From Flavobacteriales bacterium (lineage in GTDB: Bacteria > Bacteroidota > Bacteroidia > NORP154): DNA of 38,151 nt. Made by a program: the position numbers and the translations under genes. The notes beneath the pieces were generated by a model that was not told the origin of the DNA, ran no database searches, and saw only the letters and a list, made by a program, of their open reading frames with translations. Of the stretch, positions 1 to 9,043 are shown piece after piece; the stretch's first letter is position 1, and the number at the start of each line of letters is the position of its first letter. The stretch is from NCBI GenBank assembly GCA_012966015.1, contig DTRI01000094.1:1-38151 (forward strand), read 5' to 3'.

Positions 1-1
1 C

Positions 2-919
2 TTCAATAATCTTAAAGCTCTTACTCCGGGAATGTTCGGATATTCCATTCTAAGAAGCTCACTTGAAAGTCCTTTCTTCAATGATCTTTTTGATTCCCTG
101 TCCAAATTCGATATTCCTGTAGAAGGCCTCCATACCGAAACTGGCCCCGGCGTTTATGAAGCTGCCATCCTTTACGATGAGATACTTCCTGCAGCTGACA
201 GAGCTACGCTGTTCAAGACATCTGTAAAGGAGATCGCCTACAGACATGAGATCATTGCGAGCTTCATGGCCAAATGGAGTAAAGATCTCCCTGGATGCAG
301 TGGCCACGTGCATCAAAGTTTGTGGAATATGAAAAAGACAAGCAACTTATTTTACAATAAATCAGATAAGCATGGCATGAGTGAGCTGATGAAAAGTTAT
401 GTGGCAGGACAGCTGTATTGCCTGCCTCACATTCTGCCCATGTTCGCGCCAACCATTAATAGCTTTAAGAGATTGGTGGAAGGAGCCTGGGCTCCCACAA
501 CACTTACCTGGGGCGTAGATAACCGCACGACAGCACTTAGAGTTCTTAGCAGTAGCAGCAAGGCGGCAAGACTGGAAACTCGTGTTCCTGGATCTGATAC
601 GAATCCGTACATAACAATGGCTGCCAGCCTGGCTAGTGGGCTCTATGGAATTGAGAATAAGCTGAAGCTAAAACAACCCAATACACTGGGCAATGGATAC
701 CGTGATTTCAAATATGGGAAGCTCCCCAACTCCCTGGAGGAGGCCACGAAAGCCATGCGAAAATCTAAGTTAGCCAATGCACTATTCGGCAGTGAATTTG
801 TAGATCACTTTTTGATCACGAGAGAATGGGAATACCGTAACTACAACAAGCAGGTAAAGAAAAAGAGTAAAACCGCCATTAGTAATTGGGAGCTCAAGCG
901 ATACTTTGAAATCATCTAA
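2..919 (+). CDS. Glutamine synthetase-family ligase (gamma-glutamyl-amine synthetase, PuuA/GlnA4-like), 5'-truncated by window edge
   Basis: GS catalytic-domain motifs HTETGPGVYE, GCSGHVHQSLW, NSFKRL, WGVDNRTTALR, RLETRVPGSDTNPY. The frame is open from base 2 (FNNLKALTPGM), so the real start lies outside the window. Context of ADH, C26 hydrolase and ALDH. Confidence 0.9.
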   Translation, partial: FNNLKALTPGMFGYSILRSSLESPFFNDLFDSLSKFDIPVEGLHTETGPGVYEAAILYDEILPAADRATLFKTSVKEIAYRHEIIASFMAKWSKDLPGCSGHVHQSLWNMKKTSNLFYNKSDKHGMSELMKSYVAGQLYCLPHILPMFAPTINSFKRLVEGAWAPTTLTWGVDNRTTALRVLSSSSKAARLETRVPGSDTNPYITMAASLASGLYGIENKLKLKQPNTLGNGYRDFKYGKLPNSLEEATKAMRKSKLANALFGSEFVDHFLITREWEYRNYNKQVKKKSKTAISNWELKRYFEII

Positions 920-922
920 CTT

Positions 923-2071
923 TTGGACACAAGTCAACTATATTCGTTCAGCTTTCCAACTGATGTTAGGTTTGGTGCAGGTGCAGTCAAGGAACTAAGT
1001 GCTTACCTAAAGAAAAACAACCTGTCAGCACCACTTGTTGCTACCGACGCTAACGTAGCTGACCTGGATTTTTTCAAGTCGATTATTGAAGATCTGAGAA
1101 ACGCTAGCCTTAGGCCAACAATTTTTTCAGAGATTCATCCCAATCCAGTAAAATCAGATGTGATCCTGGGTGTTGAGCGATATGAAGCAGCCTCATGTGA
1201 CTCAATAATCGGAATTGGCGGAGGTGCGGGAATGGATGTGGCGCGCGCCATTGCATTGGGTATAAACAACAAAAGGGATCTTTTTGACTATGATGACCTG
1301 ATTGGCGGAGATAAGTATGTCACCGAACCGATTCCCCACTTCATTACCATACCCACTACAGCGGGAACGGGAAGTGAAGTTGGCCGAAGTGCTATTATAT
1401 CAGAAGATGAGACGAAGAAAAAGAGAATTCTGTTTCACCCCACCCTCCTGGCAAAAATGGTATATGCCGATCCGGAGCTGACCTTCGGCCTTCCTGCAAA
1501 CATTACCGCTGCAACCGGAATGGATGCCCTTACGCACAACATGGAGGCCTATCTCGCCAAAGGATTTAATCCACTCTGCGAGGGAATTGCCTTGGAAGGG
1601 ATGCGATTGATTATGGAGTCGCTTGAAACTGCAACGAACAATCCGGATGAAGAATCCAGGGCGAAGATGCTGGTCGCATCTCTAATGGGTGCTATTGCCT
1701 TTCAAAAGGGGCTGGGAATAGTGCACTCCCTGGCACATCCATTGTCCTCGCTTGTTGATATGCACCATGGCCTGGCCAATGCAATCTGTATCAGCAGAGG
1801 GCTGGAGTTCAATATTCCGGGACAAGAAGTTAAGTTTAGCAAAATGGCGCAGGTGATGGAATTAGAGAATCAATCTCCTGAAGGAGTAATCAACGCACTG
1901 AATGAGCTGAAATCAGCTGTTGGCATACCCGATGATTTGGGAAGCCAGGGTATTGTTTCTGATCATATTGAGGAATTGTCAGACCTGGCCATTAATGATT
2001 TTTGTCATCCGAACAATCCTATAGCAGTAAAGCGGGAAGATTTTAAAAGAATATACGAATCTCTTTTGTAA
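923..2071 (+). CDS. Iron-containing alcohol dehydrogenase
   Basis: GIGGGAGMDVAR, IPTTAGTGSE, GMDALTHNME, GLGIVHSLAH and HHGLANAI Fe-ADH motifs. TTG start 3 nt after the previous stop. Confidence 0.93.
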   Translation: MDTSQLYSFSFPTDVRFGAGAVKELSAYLKKNNLSAPLVATDANVADLDFFKSIIEDLRNASLRPTIFSEIHPNPVKSDVILGVERYEAASCDSIIGIGGGAGMDVARAIALGINNKRDLFDYDDLIGGDKYVTEPIPHFITIPTTAGTGSEVGRSAIISEDETKKKRILFHPTLLAKMVYADPELTFGLPANITAATGMDALTHNMEAYLAKGFNPLCEGIALEGMRLIMESLETATNNPDEESRAKMLVASLMGAIAFQKGLGIVHSLAHPLSSLVDMHHGLANAICISRGLEFNIPGQEVKFSKMAQVMELENQSPEGVINALNELKSAVGIPDDLGSQGIVSDHIEELSDLAINDFCHPNNPIAVKREDFKRIYESLL

Positions 2072-2093
2072 TCGTCAGTAATGAGGTTATAAC

Positions 2094-2837
2094 ATGAAAA
2101 AAATAGGCGTAGCATCGGCATTTATGTATCCTGAACCGGAGCGACTGGTTTTTGGTAAGAAAACCTTGTGCTATTTGGAGAAGGATATGGGGCGCTACCT
2201 ATCTCAAGAGGGTGCCATGCCAATCCTCATACCAGACCTTGAAGATGATGAGTTAAGTGAATTCATTTCTGAAATGGATGGCTTTGTATTTCAGGGTGGA
2301 ACGGATATCGCACCCGAAACTTATGGGGAAGAACCCATTGAAAACGGAAAATGGAAAGGAGATCCAATTCGCGATGTCCATGAGCTTAAGATTATGGAAT
2401 ATGCGGTCAAACATGATAAGCCTGTATTTGGAATCTGCAGAGGATTTCAATTGATGAACGTCTATTTTGGGGGTACGCTGTATCAGGATATCAACACCCA
2501 GCTGCCCAATTCAATTGTTCACCGAGATGCTGAGCTCTACGATCAGCTCAATCATGAAATTGAAATTGGCTCATCCAGTATATTGGGTGAATTGTATGGA
2601 AAAGAAAATGTATTGAGTGTTAATTCCGTTCATCACCAGGGAGTGAAAGAGCTGGGAGAAAACCTCGACATTTTAGCCACATCCAAAGAAGATCAAATCA
2701 TAGAAGCTTTCAAGTGGAACCAATGCGATGCGGGAAAGGTCATGGGGGTACAGTGGCATCCGGAGTTCTTTCACAATTCAAAAGAACCGGTAATCGATGC
2801 GAATTCGATTTATCGTCTGTTTTTAGATTTTTGTTAA
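2094..2837 (+). CDS. Gamma-glutamyl-gamma-aminobutyrate hydrolase family (peptidase C26, PuuD-like)
   Basis: Class I glutamine amidotransferase motifs GGTDIAP, GICRGFQLMNV (Cys nucleophile), VNSVHHQGV, GVQWHPE. Confidence 0.92.
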   Translation: MKKIGVASAFMYPEPERLVFGKKTLCYLEKDMGRYLSQEGAMPILIPDLEDDELSEFISEMDGFVFQGGTDIAPETYGEEPIENGKWKGDPIRDVHELKIMEYAVKHDKPVFGICRGFQLMNVYFGGTLYQDINTQLPNSIVHRDAELYDQLNHEIEIGSSSILGELYGKENVLSVNSVHHQGVKELGENLDILATSKEDQIIEAFKWNQCDAGKVMGVQWHPEFFHNSKEPVIDANSIYRLFLDFC

Positions 2838-4208
2838 ATGGAAATAATTAATCCAGCTACCGAGGAGGTAATTAAAGAGATTCAGGGAGATACTTCCCAA
2901 ACGATTCTCGAAAAGTATGATCAGCTAAGGTTAGGGCAGGTGAGCTGGGCTAACATCCCGCTAGCGGATAGAATTAACATCATTCAAAAATTCAGTGATC
3001 TTCTAAAGACCAATATCGATAAATTGGCTTCTACTCTTACAGAAGAAATGGGTAAGCCTCTGTCCCAGTCTCTCAATGAAATCAAAGGTGCCAGGAAGAG
3101 AATAAAATTTTTTCTGGAAAACTCTGAAATGTGGCTGAGTACTGAAGTCGTACACACCGAAGATAATTTACAGGAAGAGATTAAATATGAACCATTGGGT
3201 GTGATTGCAAACATCTCGGCATGGAATTACCCTTACCTGGTAGGAGTTAATGTTTTCATCCCGGCATTAATAGGGGGCAACGCGGTGCTGTACAAACCTT
3301 CTGAACTCACCGCTCTCACGGGCCTGGAAATCCAGCGACTCATGCATGAAGCGGGAATACCAGAAAATGTTTTTCAAGCTGTCATTGGCGCCAAAGAAGC
3401 TGGAGAGGCTTTACTGGCATTACCATTAGATGGGTATTTCTTTACCGGCTCTTACAAGACCGGCAAATACATCTATGAAAAGGTCGCACCAAAAATGGTA
3501 CAGTGCCAAATGGAGCTGGGTGGTAAGGACCCTCTGTATGTAACTGATGATGTTGAAAATATTCATGAAGTTGCCCAAGCCGCGGCGGGTGGAGCCTTTT
3601 ACAATGCCGGACAAAGCTGTTGTTCTGTAGAGCGCATATACGTTCATGAAAAATCAGTTGATCGATTCATAGACGCGTTTGTTAAAGAAGTTGAATCTTA
3701 TCAAATAGGTGGCCCAACCATTTCTGATGTTTTCATCGGACCACTGGCCAGGGAACCGCAATTGGAATACCTAAAGACCCAGGTAGATGAGGCCATTGAA
3801 CAGGGTGCTGAGCTAAAAACCGGCGGTAAAATTGCAGATTGTACAGGATATTATTTTCAGCCTACCGTACTCTCCAATGTAACACACGATATGCGTGTAA
3901 TGAAAGAGGAATCATTTGGCCCGGTGATTGGAATTCAGTCCGTAGCCAGCGACGACGAAGCAATTTCACTGATGCAAGACACTGTATATGGTTTAACAGC
4001 TTCCGTGTATACCCGTAATAAGGACCGGGCTGATTCGATCATGAAAAAGATGAAGACAGGTTCAGTGTATTGGAATTGCTGTGATCGGGTGAGTGCCAAC
4101 TTACCCTGGTCAGGAAGGGGCAACTCTGGAATTGGATCTACCTTATCCCACCTTGGCATCCGGGCATTTGTACAGCCCAAGGCCTACCATTTCAATGGGC
4201 CTCAATAA
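2838..4208 (+). CDS. NAD(P)-dependent aldehyde dehydrogenase
   Basis: AWNYP, KPSELT, FTGS, MELGGKDP, NAGQSCCSVER, EESFGPV. The start directly abuts the upstream stop (TAA-ATG). Confidence 0.95.
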   Translation: MEIINPATEEVIKEIQGDTSQTILEKYDQLRLGQVSWANIPLADRINIIQKFSDLLKTNIDKLASTLTEEMGKPLSQSLNEIKGARKRIKFFLENSEMWLSTEVVHTEDNLQEEIKYEPLGVIANISAWNYPYLVGVNVFIPALIGGNAVLYKPSELTALTGLEIQRLMHEAGIPENVFQAVIGAKEAGEALLALPLDGYFFTGSYKTGKYIYEKVAPKMVQCQMELGGKDPLYVTDDVENIHEVAQAAAGGAFYNAGQSCCSVERIYVHEKSVDRFIDAFVKEVESYQIGGPTISDVFIGPLAREPQLEYLKTQVDEAIEQGAELKTGGKIADCTGYYFQPTVLSNVTHDMRVMKEESFGPVIGIQSVASDDEAISLMQDTVYGLTASVYTRNKDRADSIMKKMKTGSVYWNCCDRVSANLPWSGRGNSGIGSTLSHLGIRAFVQPKAYHFNGPQ

Positions 4209-4321
4209 GATCTAGAAGAGAATTTTACGAAATTATCAGATAAGCAGCTCTGAGCTTACGCTTTGGAAGCTTGCCAGCTATTTTTCCCTCAGGCATTGCG
4301 ATTAGCGTGAGAGGAGGTTCT

Positions 4322-5248
4322 TTATAATCTTGTATATCCTTTCTCCTTGAGCAGATCGTTGGCGAGGTCTGGGTAATCTGTAATCAGCCCATCCACTCCT
4401 ACATCCAGTAGTTCTATCATGGAGCCTTTGTCATTAACTGTCCACGGAATAACTTTCATGTTATTCTGAGCAGCATACTCCACTAGCTCGGCGTTGACCA
4501 AAAAGAAATTAGGACTGTAGATTTCAGGAATGAAGCCAAGCAGCTTCAGGTTTTCTTCAAAGTCCGAATTTTCTGCAATTAAGAATGCCAACGCTATATC
4601 CGGGAATGTCCTATTGGCAACCATCAATATTCGAGGGTCAAAGGACTGGATGTTACACACTTTTTCAATATTTTTTTCCACGATGACTTCCATCAGCAAA
4701 TCCACGAACTCTGCAGGCTTGGGATGATATTTTTCATCCCATCCCTGCACGCTCTTCGCCTCAATATTGTAGTAAACCAGAGGTAGGGAATTTTTCTCTC
4801 TATACTCTTCAACCGCATCTATTACATCCGAGAGTAAGGGCTTATGTGTCTTCATTTTCGTCTGTTCAGGAAATCGATCGAGAAGCTTGGAACCACAGTC
4901 GAACTTTGCGATGTCTTCGTAATTCATCTTGTACAAATTAAAAGAATCCTCCATGTTCACTCCTATCTCCTGCCCTGTGGAATCGTAGCATATTTCTGGG
5001 GAAAGAAAAGGTTCATGGGAAAGAAGCACCTTTTTATCTTTGGTGATCACCACATCCATCTCCAGGGTCGAAACGCCTATTTCCAACGCTTTTATAAATC
5101 CAGCAATGGTATTTTCCGGCATCAGCCCCCGACAACCCCGGTGACCCTGCAAATCTATTTTGTTTTGTTCCTTCACTCCTTCTGAACAGCTAAAGCTCAA
5201 TACGCTGACAAGTAGCAGCACCAGGATCTTGACAGAATTATTACGCAT
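4322..5248 (-). CDS. Glycerophosphodiester phosphodiesterase (GDPD/GlpQ-like), probable lipoprotein
   Basis: QGHRGCRGLMPENT, LEMDVVITKD, NIEAKS, IQSFD, PWTVN, GVDGLITDYP. N-terminal hydrophobic signal ending LSFSC. Confidence 0.93.
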   Translation of the reverse strand: MRNNSVKILVLLLVSVLSFSCSEGVKEQNKIDLQGHRGCRGLMPENTIAGFIKALEIGVSTLEMDVVITKDKKVLLSHEPFLSPEICYDSTGQEIGVNMEDSFNLYKMNYEDIAKFDCGSKLLDRFPEQTKMKTHKPLLSDVIDAVEEYREKNSLPLVYYNIEAKSVQGWDEKYHPKPAEFVDLLMEVIVEKNIEKVCNIQSFDPRILMVANRTFPDIALAFLIAENSDFEENLKLLGFIPEIYSPNFFLVNAELVEYAAQNNMKVIPWTVNDKGSMIELLDVGVDGLITDYPDLANDLLKEKGYTRL

Positions 5249-6104
5249 CCGCCGGTTCTTCTATGTTGGATTCTGCAGTTTGTTGCAATATCCACGAATT
5301 CCAGCATTCAAGCACTTTCTCTTTTTCCGGATCATTGTGCGGCTCATGCGGCATTCCCTCCCACATCTGGAATGTAGCATTCGGCCCCGCCTGTTCCGCG
5401 AAGTCTTTGGAAGCTGCTGCGGATGTCAATTTATCTATACTTCCGTGTGTTACCAGGGCTGGAATATTCAGCTTGCTCGCATTATCAAGTGCCCAATAGC
5501 CAGCTTCATAAACATTCAAGAACAAGGACGCTGAGATCTTAGAATGCACCAATGGATCTTCCTCGTATGCTTTCACCACTGCCGGATCCCGGCTAAGGTC
5601 ATTGGCATCTAATTCATTGTCCTGTGTGAACGCAGGATAAATTCCTGACATAAACTTTCCAAGCGATACTTTAAAGGCAGGTGGCTCGAATGCTAATTTG
5701 AACCAGCCAGATGAAATTATTGCAGCAGCTAAAGGCTTAGTATCACCTCTAAGTATATAATTTGCCACCAAATTTCCGCCCATACTATGTCCATAAGTGA
5801 TTATTGGGATATGGGGAAACATGTCACGAGCATGTACAACTGACCGGCACACATCCGCCATGAGCACATCATAATTCAGGGCGTGGCCTCTTTTCCCATC
5901 CGATTTACCATGACCCCTGGCATCTGTACCTAAAACAGCTGTATTTCGTGCATTAAAATAGTCGGCTACATGCTGGTAACGCCCTATATGTTCACCGAGT
6001 CCGTGAACAATTAAGAGTACTCTTTCTGGATTTTCTGGAATCCAGCTGGTGCCTCTTAGCAAGGTGCCATCATCTGCGGTAATCTCATAGTTATCCTGAC
6101 GCAT
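5241..6104 (-). CDS. Alpha/beta hydrolase, lysophospholipase/monoglyceride lipase family (Hydrolase_4)
   Basis: VHGLGEHIGRY, DARGHGKSDGKRG, GHSMGG nucleophile elbow, HGSIDKL, HEPHN. Overlaps the GDPD start by 8 nt. Confidence 0.92.
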   Translation of the reverse strand: MRQDNYEITADDGTLLRGTSWIPENPERVLLIVHGLGEHIGRYQHVADYFNARNTAVLGTDARGHGKSDGKRGHALNYDVLMADVCRSVVHARDMFPHIPIITYGHSMGGNLVANYILRGDTKPLAAAIISSGWFKLAFEPPAFKVSLGKFMSGIYPAFTQDNELDANDLSRDPAVVKAYEEDPLVHSKISASLFLNVYEAGYWALDNASKLNIPALVTHGSIDKLTSAAASKDFAEQAGPNATFQMWEGMPHEPHNDPEKEKVLECWNSWILQQTAESNIEEPADA

Positions 6105-6130
6105 AGAATTGTGAAATTAGGGTTGGGAAG

Positions 6131-6138
6131 CAAAGATA
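6131..6138 (-). promoter_or_regulatory. Bacteroidota sigma-A -7 element (TATCTTTG) for the hydrolase-GDPD operon
   Basis: Reverse complement of caaagata matches TAnnTTTG, 27 nt upstream of the ATG at 6104. Confidence 0.6.
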
Positions 6139-6233
6139 GCAAAGGGCAGAAGAAATATTGCCTTTTGAATAGACGAATAAAATTTCAGCTTCAGGCTAAA
6201 ATGCATGTGCGATGTTTTGGTTGGTTACACAAT

Positions 6234-7211
6234 TTAACGCTCGATGATCAATTTGTTTGTGTACACGCTGTTTTTAGAGGAATATCTGAGGAAATAAAAG
6301 CCTTCATCCAGCGCAGAAAAATTCACCTTCACAATATTATTTGAGTTAGCAACATCGTTAGAAAACACTTCCTGACCCAGGTAATTTAGCAATTGCAAAT
6401 TATAGGACTCACCGGGAAACGGTGACTCCATCTCAAAATTACCGTTACTCGGGTTGGGATAAATTACGAGCTGTTTATCCTGTGGCTTGGATAACTCACC
6501 CGTACCCAGATTCAACAGCAGATTGTCAATGTCAGCTACAATGTCTTTCGGAGCTTTGTGAAACCAACCGTGTTTAACGTACACGGATCCATCCGTATTG
6601 ATCAGGTAAGCGTTGTTTGGAGCATAGGCCATGTTCGTCCAATATTCGTTGCATGGGCCGTCAATAAGAACGGGCACATCAATGGTCATGGCGTTTAACA
6701 TGGTAGATACGATTGTTTTTCTCTCGCCATACGTTGTTGGCTGCCGGTGTAAAATTCCTTCACTTTGGTTGGCAGCTGTGGTCCAAACCTGGCCGCTGTA
6801 TGGGCTTACATCAACATCTGGGTGCGGTTCAACAACGTAAATAATGAATGTCGAGAGCTGGCTGCTGTACGTTGCTTGAATTTGATTGATTACGGGAATC
6901 TTTCCTCTGTACACCGGACAGGTATAGCTCCCACTAATCAGAAGAAGGGGTTTGCCTTTTTGGAGTTCGGTCAATATATCGGTGCCAGCTCCATTCACAT
7001 CATAGAAGTTAAAGTGTAGTAGTGTATCGGCAACCTGTATTCCAGGAGTTTCATACGTTCCATCAGGATCTAGATAAACGCCAATTGTGCAAATAGGGTC
7101 ACCATCACCAGGCAAGGAATTTACACCAATGGTGGGCCCCAGAACAATTTGGGCCATTGCGAAATGAGAGATGGCCAGCGCTATGGCAACAAATGCTAGT
7201 TTGATTTTCAT
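6234..7211 (-). CDS. Secreted iodothyronine-deiodinase-like (thioredoxin-fold) protein with T9SS type A sorting domain
   Basis: Signal peptide ending AMA-Q. KPLLLISGSYTCP, FIIYVVEPHP and VPVLIDGPCNE..APNNAYLIN resemble deiodinase blocks. C-terminal IYPNPSNG...EGFYFLRY...KLIIER CTD. Confidence 0.75.
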   Translation of the reverse strand: MKIKLAFVAIALAISHFAMAQIVLGPTIGVNSLPGDGDPICTIGVYLDPDGTYETPGIQVADTLLHFNFYDVNGAGTDILTELQKGKPLLLISGSYTCPVYRGKIPVINQIQATYSSQLSTFIIYVVEPHPDVDVSPYSGQVWTTAANQSEGILHRQPTTYGERKTIVSTMLNAMTIDVPVLIDGPCNEYWTNMAYAPNNAYLINTDGSVYVKHGWFHKAPKDIVADIDNLLLNLGTGELSKPQDKQLVIYPNPSNGNFEMESPFPGESYNLQLLNYLGQEVFSNDVANSNNIVKVNFSALDEGFYFLRYSSKNSVYTNKLIIER

Positions 7212-7353
7212 GGTGTGCGATTTAGGGGTTTAGCTGTTTTGCACTGTTGGACATTCGCTAAATTCAAAGGTTTAACGATTATTATCGATGAGCTATAATA
7301 AGTGCATTGCTGATGCTCTAAGTTACAAATTAATGGGCTATTTAAAATTAACT

Positions 7354-7361
7354 TAATTTTG
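7354..7361 (+). promoter_or_regulatory. -7 promoter element (TAATTTTG) upstream of the REP-like hairpin, RAYT remnant and lysA
   Basis: Exact TAnnTTTG match. Confidence 0.55.
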
Positions 7362-7373
7362 CCGACCGCTGAA

Positions 7374-7417
7374 TAACCAGCTTTTTCAAAGTTTTGAACT
7401 TTGGAAAAAGCTGGTTA
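7374..7417. repeat. REP-like inverted repeat (44 bp hairpin)
   Basis: taaccagctttttc-aaagtt-ttg-aacttt-g-gaaaaagctggtta: 14-bp perfect outer arms plus 6-bp inner arms with one bulge, 10 nt before the transposase remnant. Confidence 0.8.
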
Positions 7418-7427
7418 AACTATAAGG

Positions 7428-7661
7428 ATGTTTATACCTCTAGAACCTGACAAATACTATCATATATGCAATCACGCAAATGACAGCGAAAATCTAAAGG
7501 ATTGGGAATTTTCTTCTTACAACTCCATACTATCTGCACAAGAATCAAATTTAGTCAGCAAAGAGGTGATAATATGGTTTAAAGATCGAGATAACTTTAT
7601 CTATTGCCATGAATCATTGACAACGGATGTTGAGGTTAAATTACAAATTGAAACTCTATGA
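7428..7661 (+). pseudogene. Internally deleted REP-associated tyrosine transposase (RAYT / IS200-IS605 Y1-like) remnant
   Basis: N-terminal PLEPDKYYHICNHAN..ENL is joined directly to the C-terminal DWEFSSY..ILS...EV..WF...F...H block. The central HUH and catalytic-Tyr (YIHxNP) region is absent. Adjacent REP-like hairpin. Confidence 0.65.
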
Positions 7662-8890
7662 ATCTAGTAAACAACAGATACGAAACCGGAGGAGTAGACC
7701 TGCTTAACATTGCAGAGGAGTTTGGCACACCTGTTTATGTGTACGACGCTCAAAAGATACGGGATCAATATAAGCTGCTCACTTCTGCATTTTCCGATGT
7801 AAATGTTAAAATTCGTTATGCCTGCAAGGCGCTGACCAATCAGAATATTCTCAGGTTGTTGAAAGGACTCGGATCAGGGTTAGACACCGTTTCTATTGAA
7901 GAGGTGGAGCTGGGAATAAAGGCTGGCTACCAACCTGAAGAAATTATTTTCACACCCAACGGTGTTTCAATTGAGGAGATTAACAAGGCAGTTGAAATTG
8001 GTGTGACCATAAACATAGACAACATTAGCATCCTGGAGCAATTTGGAAATATCCATGGGGCAAAGGTTCCTATCTGTATCAGGTTGAACCCACATATTCT
8101 GGCAGGAGGTAATTATCAAATATCGACCGGGCATATTGACTCTAAATTTGGTATTTCTATTCACCAGCTGCGGCATGTGGAGAGAATAGTAGAATCTACA
8201 GGGTTAAAAGTTAACGGCTTACACATGCACACAGGATCAGAAATAAAGAACATTGACGTATTTTTAAGAGGCGTTGATATTTTATTTGAGTCTACAAGCT
8301 ATTTTAAGGAGCTGGACTTCATCGACCTCGGCAGCGGATTTAAAGTAGCCTCCGCTCCAGATGAAGATGCCACCGACATTATAGCGCTAGGCAAGGCCCT
8401 GTCGCAACGATTCAATGAATTTTGCAAAGAATACGGTAAAGAGCTTGAGCTTTGGTTTGAGCCTGGTAAATTTTTAGTGAGTGAAGCGGGTACCTTCCTG
8501 GCTAAAGTGAATGTGGTTAAACAAACTACAGCCACCGTCTTCGCGGGTGTTGATTCTGGGTTCAATCATTTGATTCGCCCCATGTTTTATAACGCATATC
8601 ATCATATATGTAACATATCCAACGCCGCAGGAGTTGAGAGGATCTATACTGTTTCGGGCTATATCTGCGAAACGGACAATTTTGCCTGGGACAGAAAAAT
8701 TACGGAGATAAAGGAAGGCGACATACTTGCTTTCCAAAATGCAGGCGCCTATGGTTTTGTGATGGCCTCCAACTACAATTCCAGGCTTCGTCCACCGGAG
8801 GTTTTAATAAATAACGGAAAAGCACAGCTGATCAGAAAACGTGAAGAGCTGGAAGATAATCTCAGGAATGAGATAGAAGTTTCACTCTGA
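7658..8890 (+). CDS. lysA: Diaminopimelate decarboxylase
   Basis: FGTPVYVYD, YACKA (PLP Lys), SKFGI, GLHMHTGS, FEPGKFLV, GYICETD, GAYG..MASNYNSR. Confidence 0.97.
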   Translation: MNLVNNRYETGGVDLLNIAEEFGTPVYVYDAQKIRDQYKLLTSAFSDVNVKIRYACKALTNQNILRLLKGLGSGLDTVSIEEVELGIKAGYQPEEIIFTPNGVSIEEINKAVEIGVTINIDNISILEQFGNIHGAKVPICIRLNPHILAGGNYQISTGHIDSKFGISIHQLRHVERIVESTGLKVNGLHMHTGSEIKNIDVFLRGVDILFESTSYFKELDFIDLGSGFKVASAPDEDATDIIALGKALSQRFNEFCKEYGKELELWFEPGKFLVSEAGTFLAKVNVVKQTTATVFAGVDSGFNHLIRPMFYNAYHHICNISNAAGVERIYTVSGYICETDNFAWDRKITEIKEGDILAFQNAGAYGFVMASNYNSRLRPPEVLINNGKAQLIRKREELEDNLRNEIEVSL

Positions 8891-8891
8891 C

Positions 8892-9035
8892 TTAATCGAG
8901 TGACCGGGTTGTTACCCAATACCTATACCCAATAATTATATAATCCATTTTACTGAGCTTGTTAAGGTCCTTGTGGCTGTAGCGCGGCAGAATTACCTTA
9001 TTGATTTTGGCGAGTATCTTGAACAGTGGCTTCAT
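8892..9035 (-). CDS. Small basic 47-aa protein (MKPLFKILAKINKVILPRYSHKDLNKLSKMDYIIIGYRYWVTTRSLD), absent from the ORF track
   Basis: Translated by hand: ATG at 9035, TAA at 8892-8894. Starts 8 nt after the selD stop and fills the lysA-selD gap. Resembles, from memory, a conserved small Bacteroidota protein family (FKxLAKxNK..LP...IIGxRYxVT). Confidence 0.75.
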   Translation of the reverse strand: MKPLFKILAKINKVILPRYSHKDLNKLSKMDYIIIGYRYWVTTRSLD

Positions 9036-9043
9036 GGGCGCTT

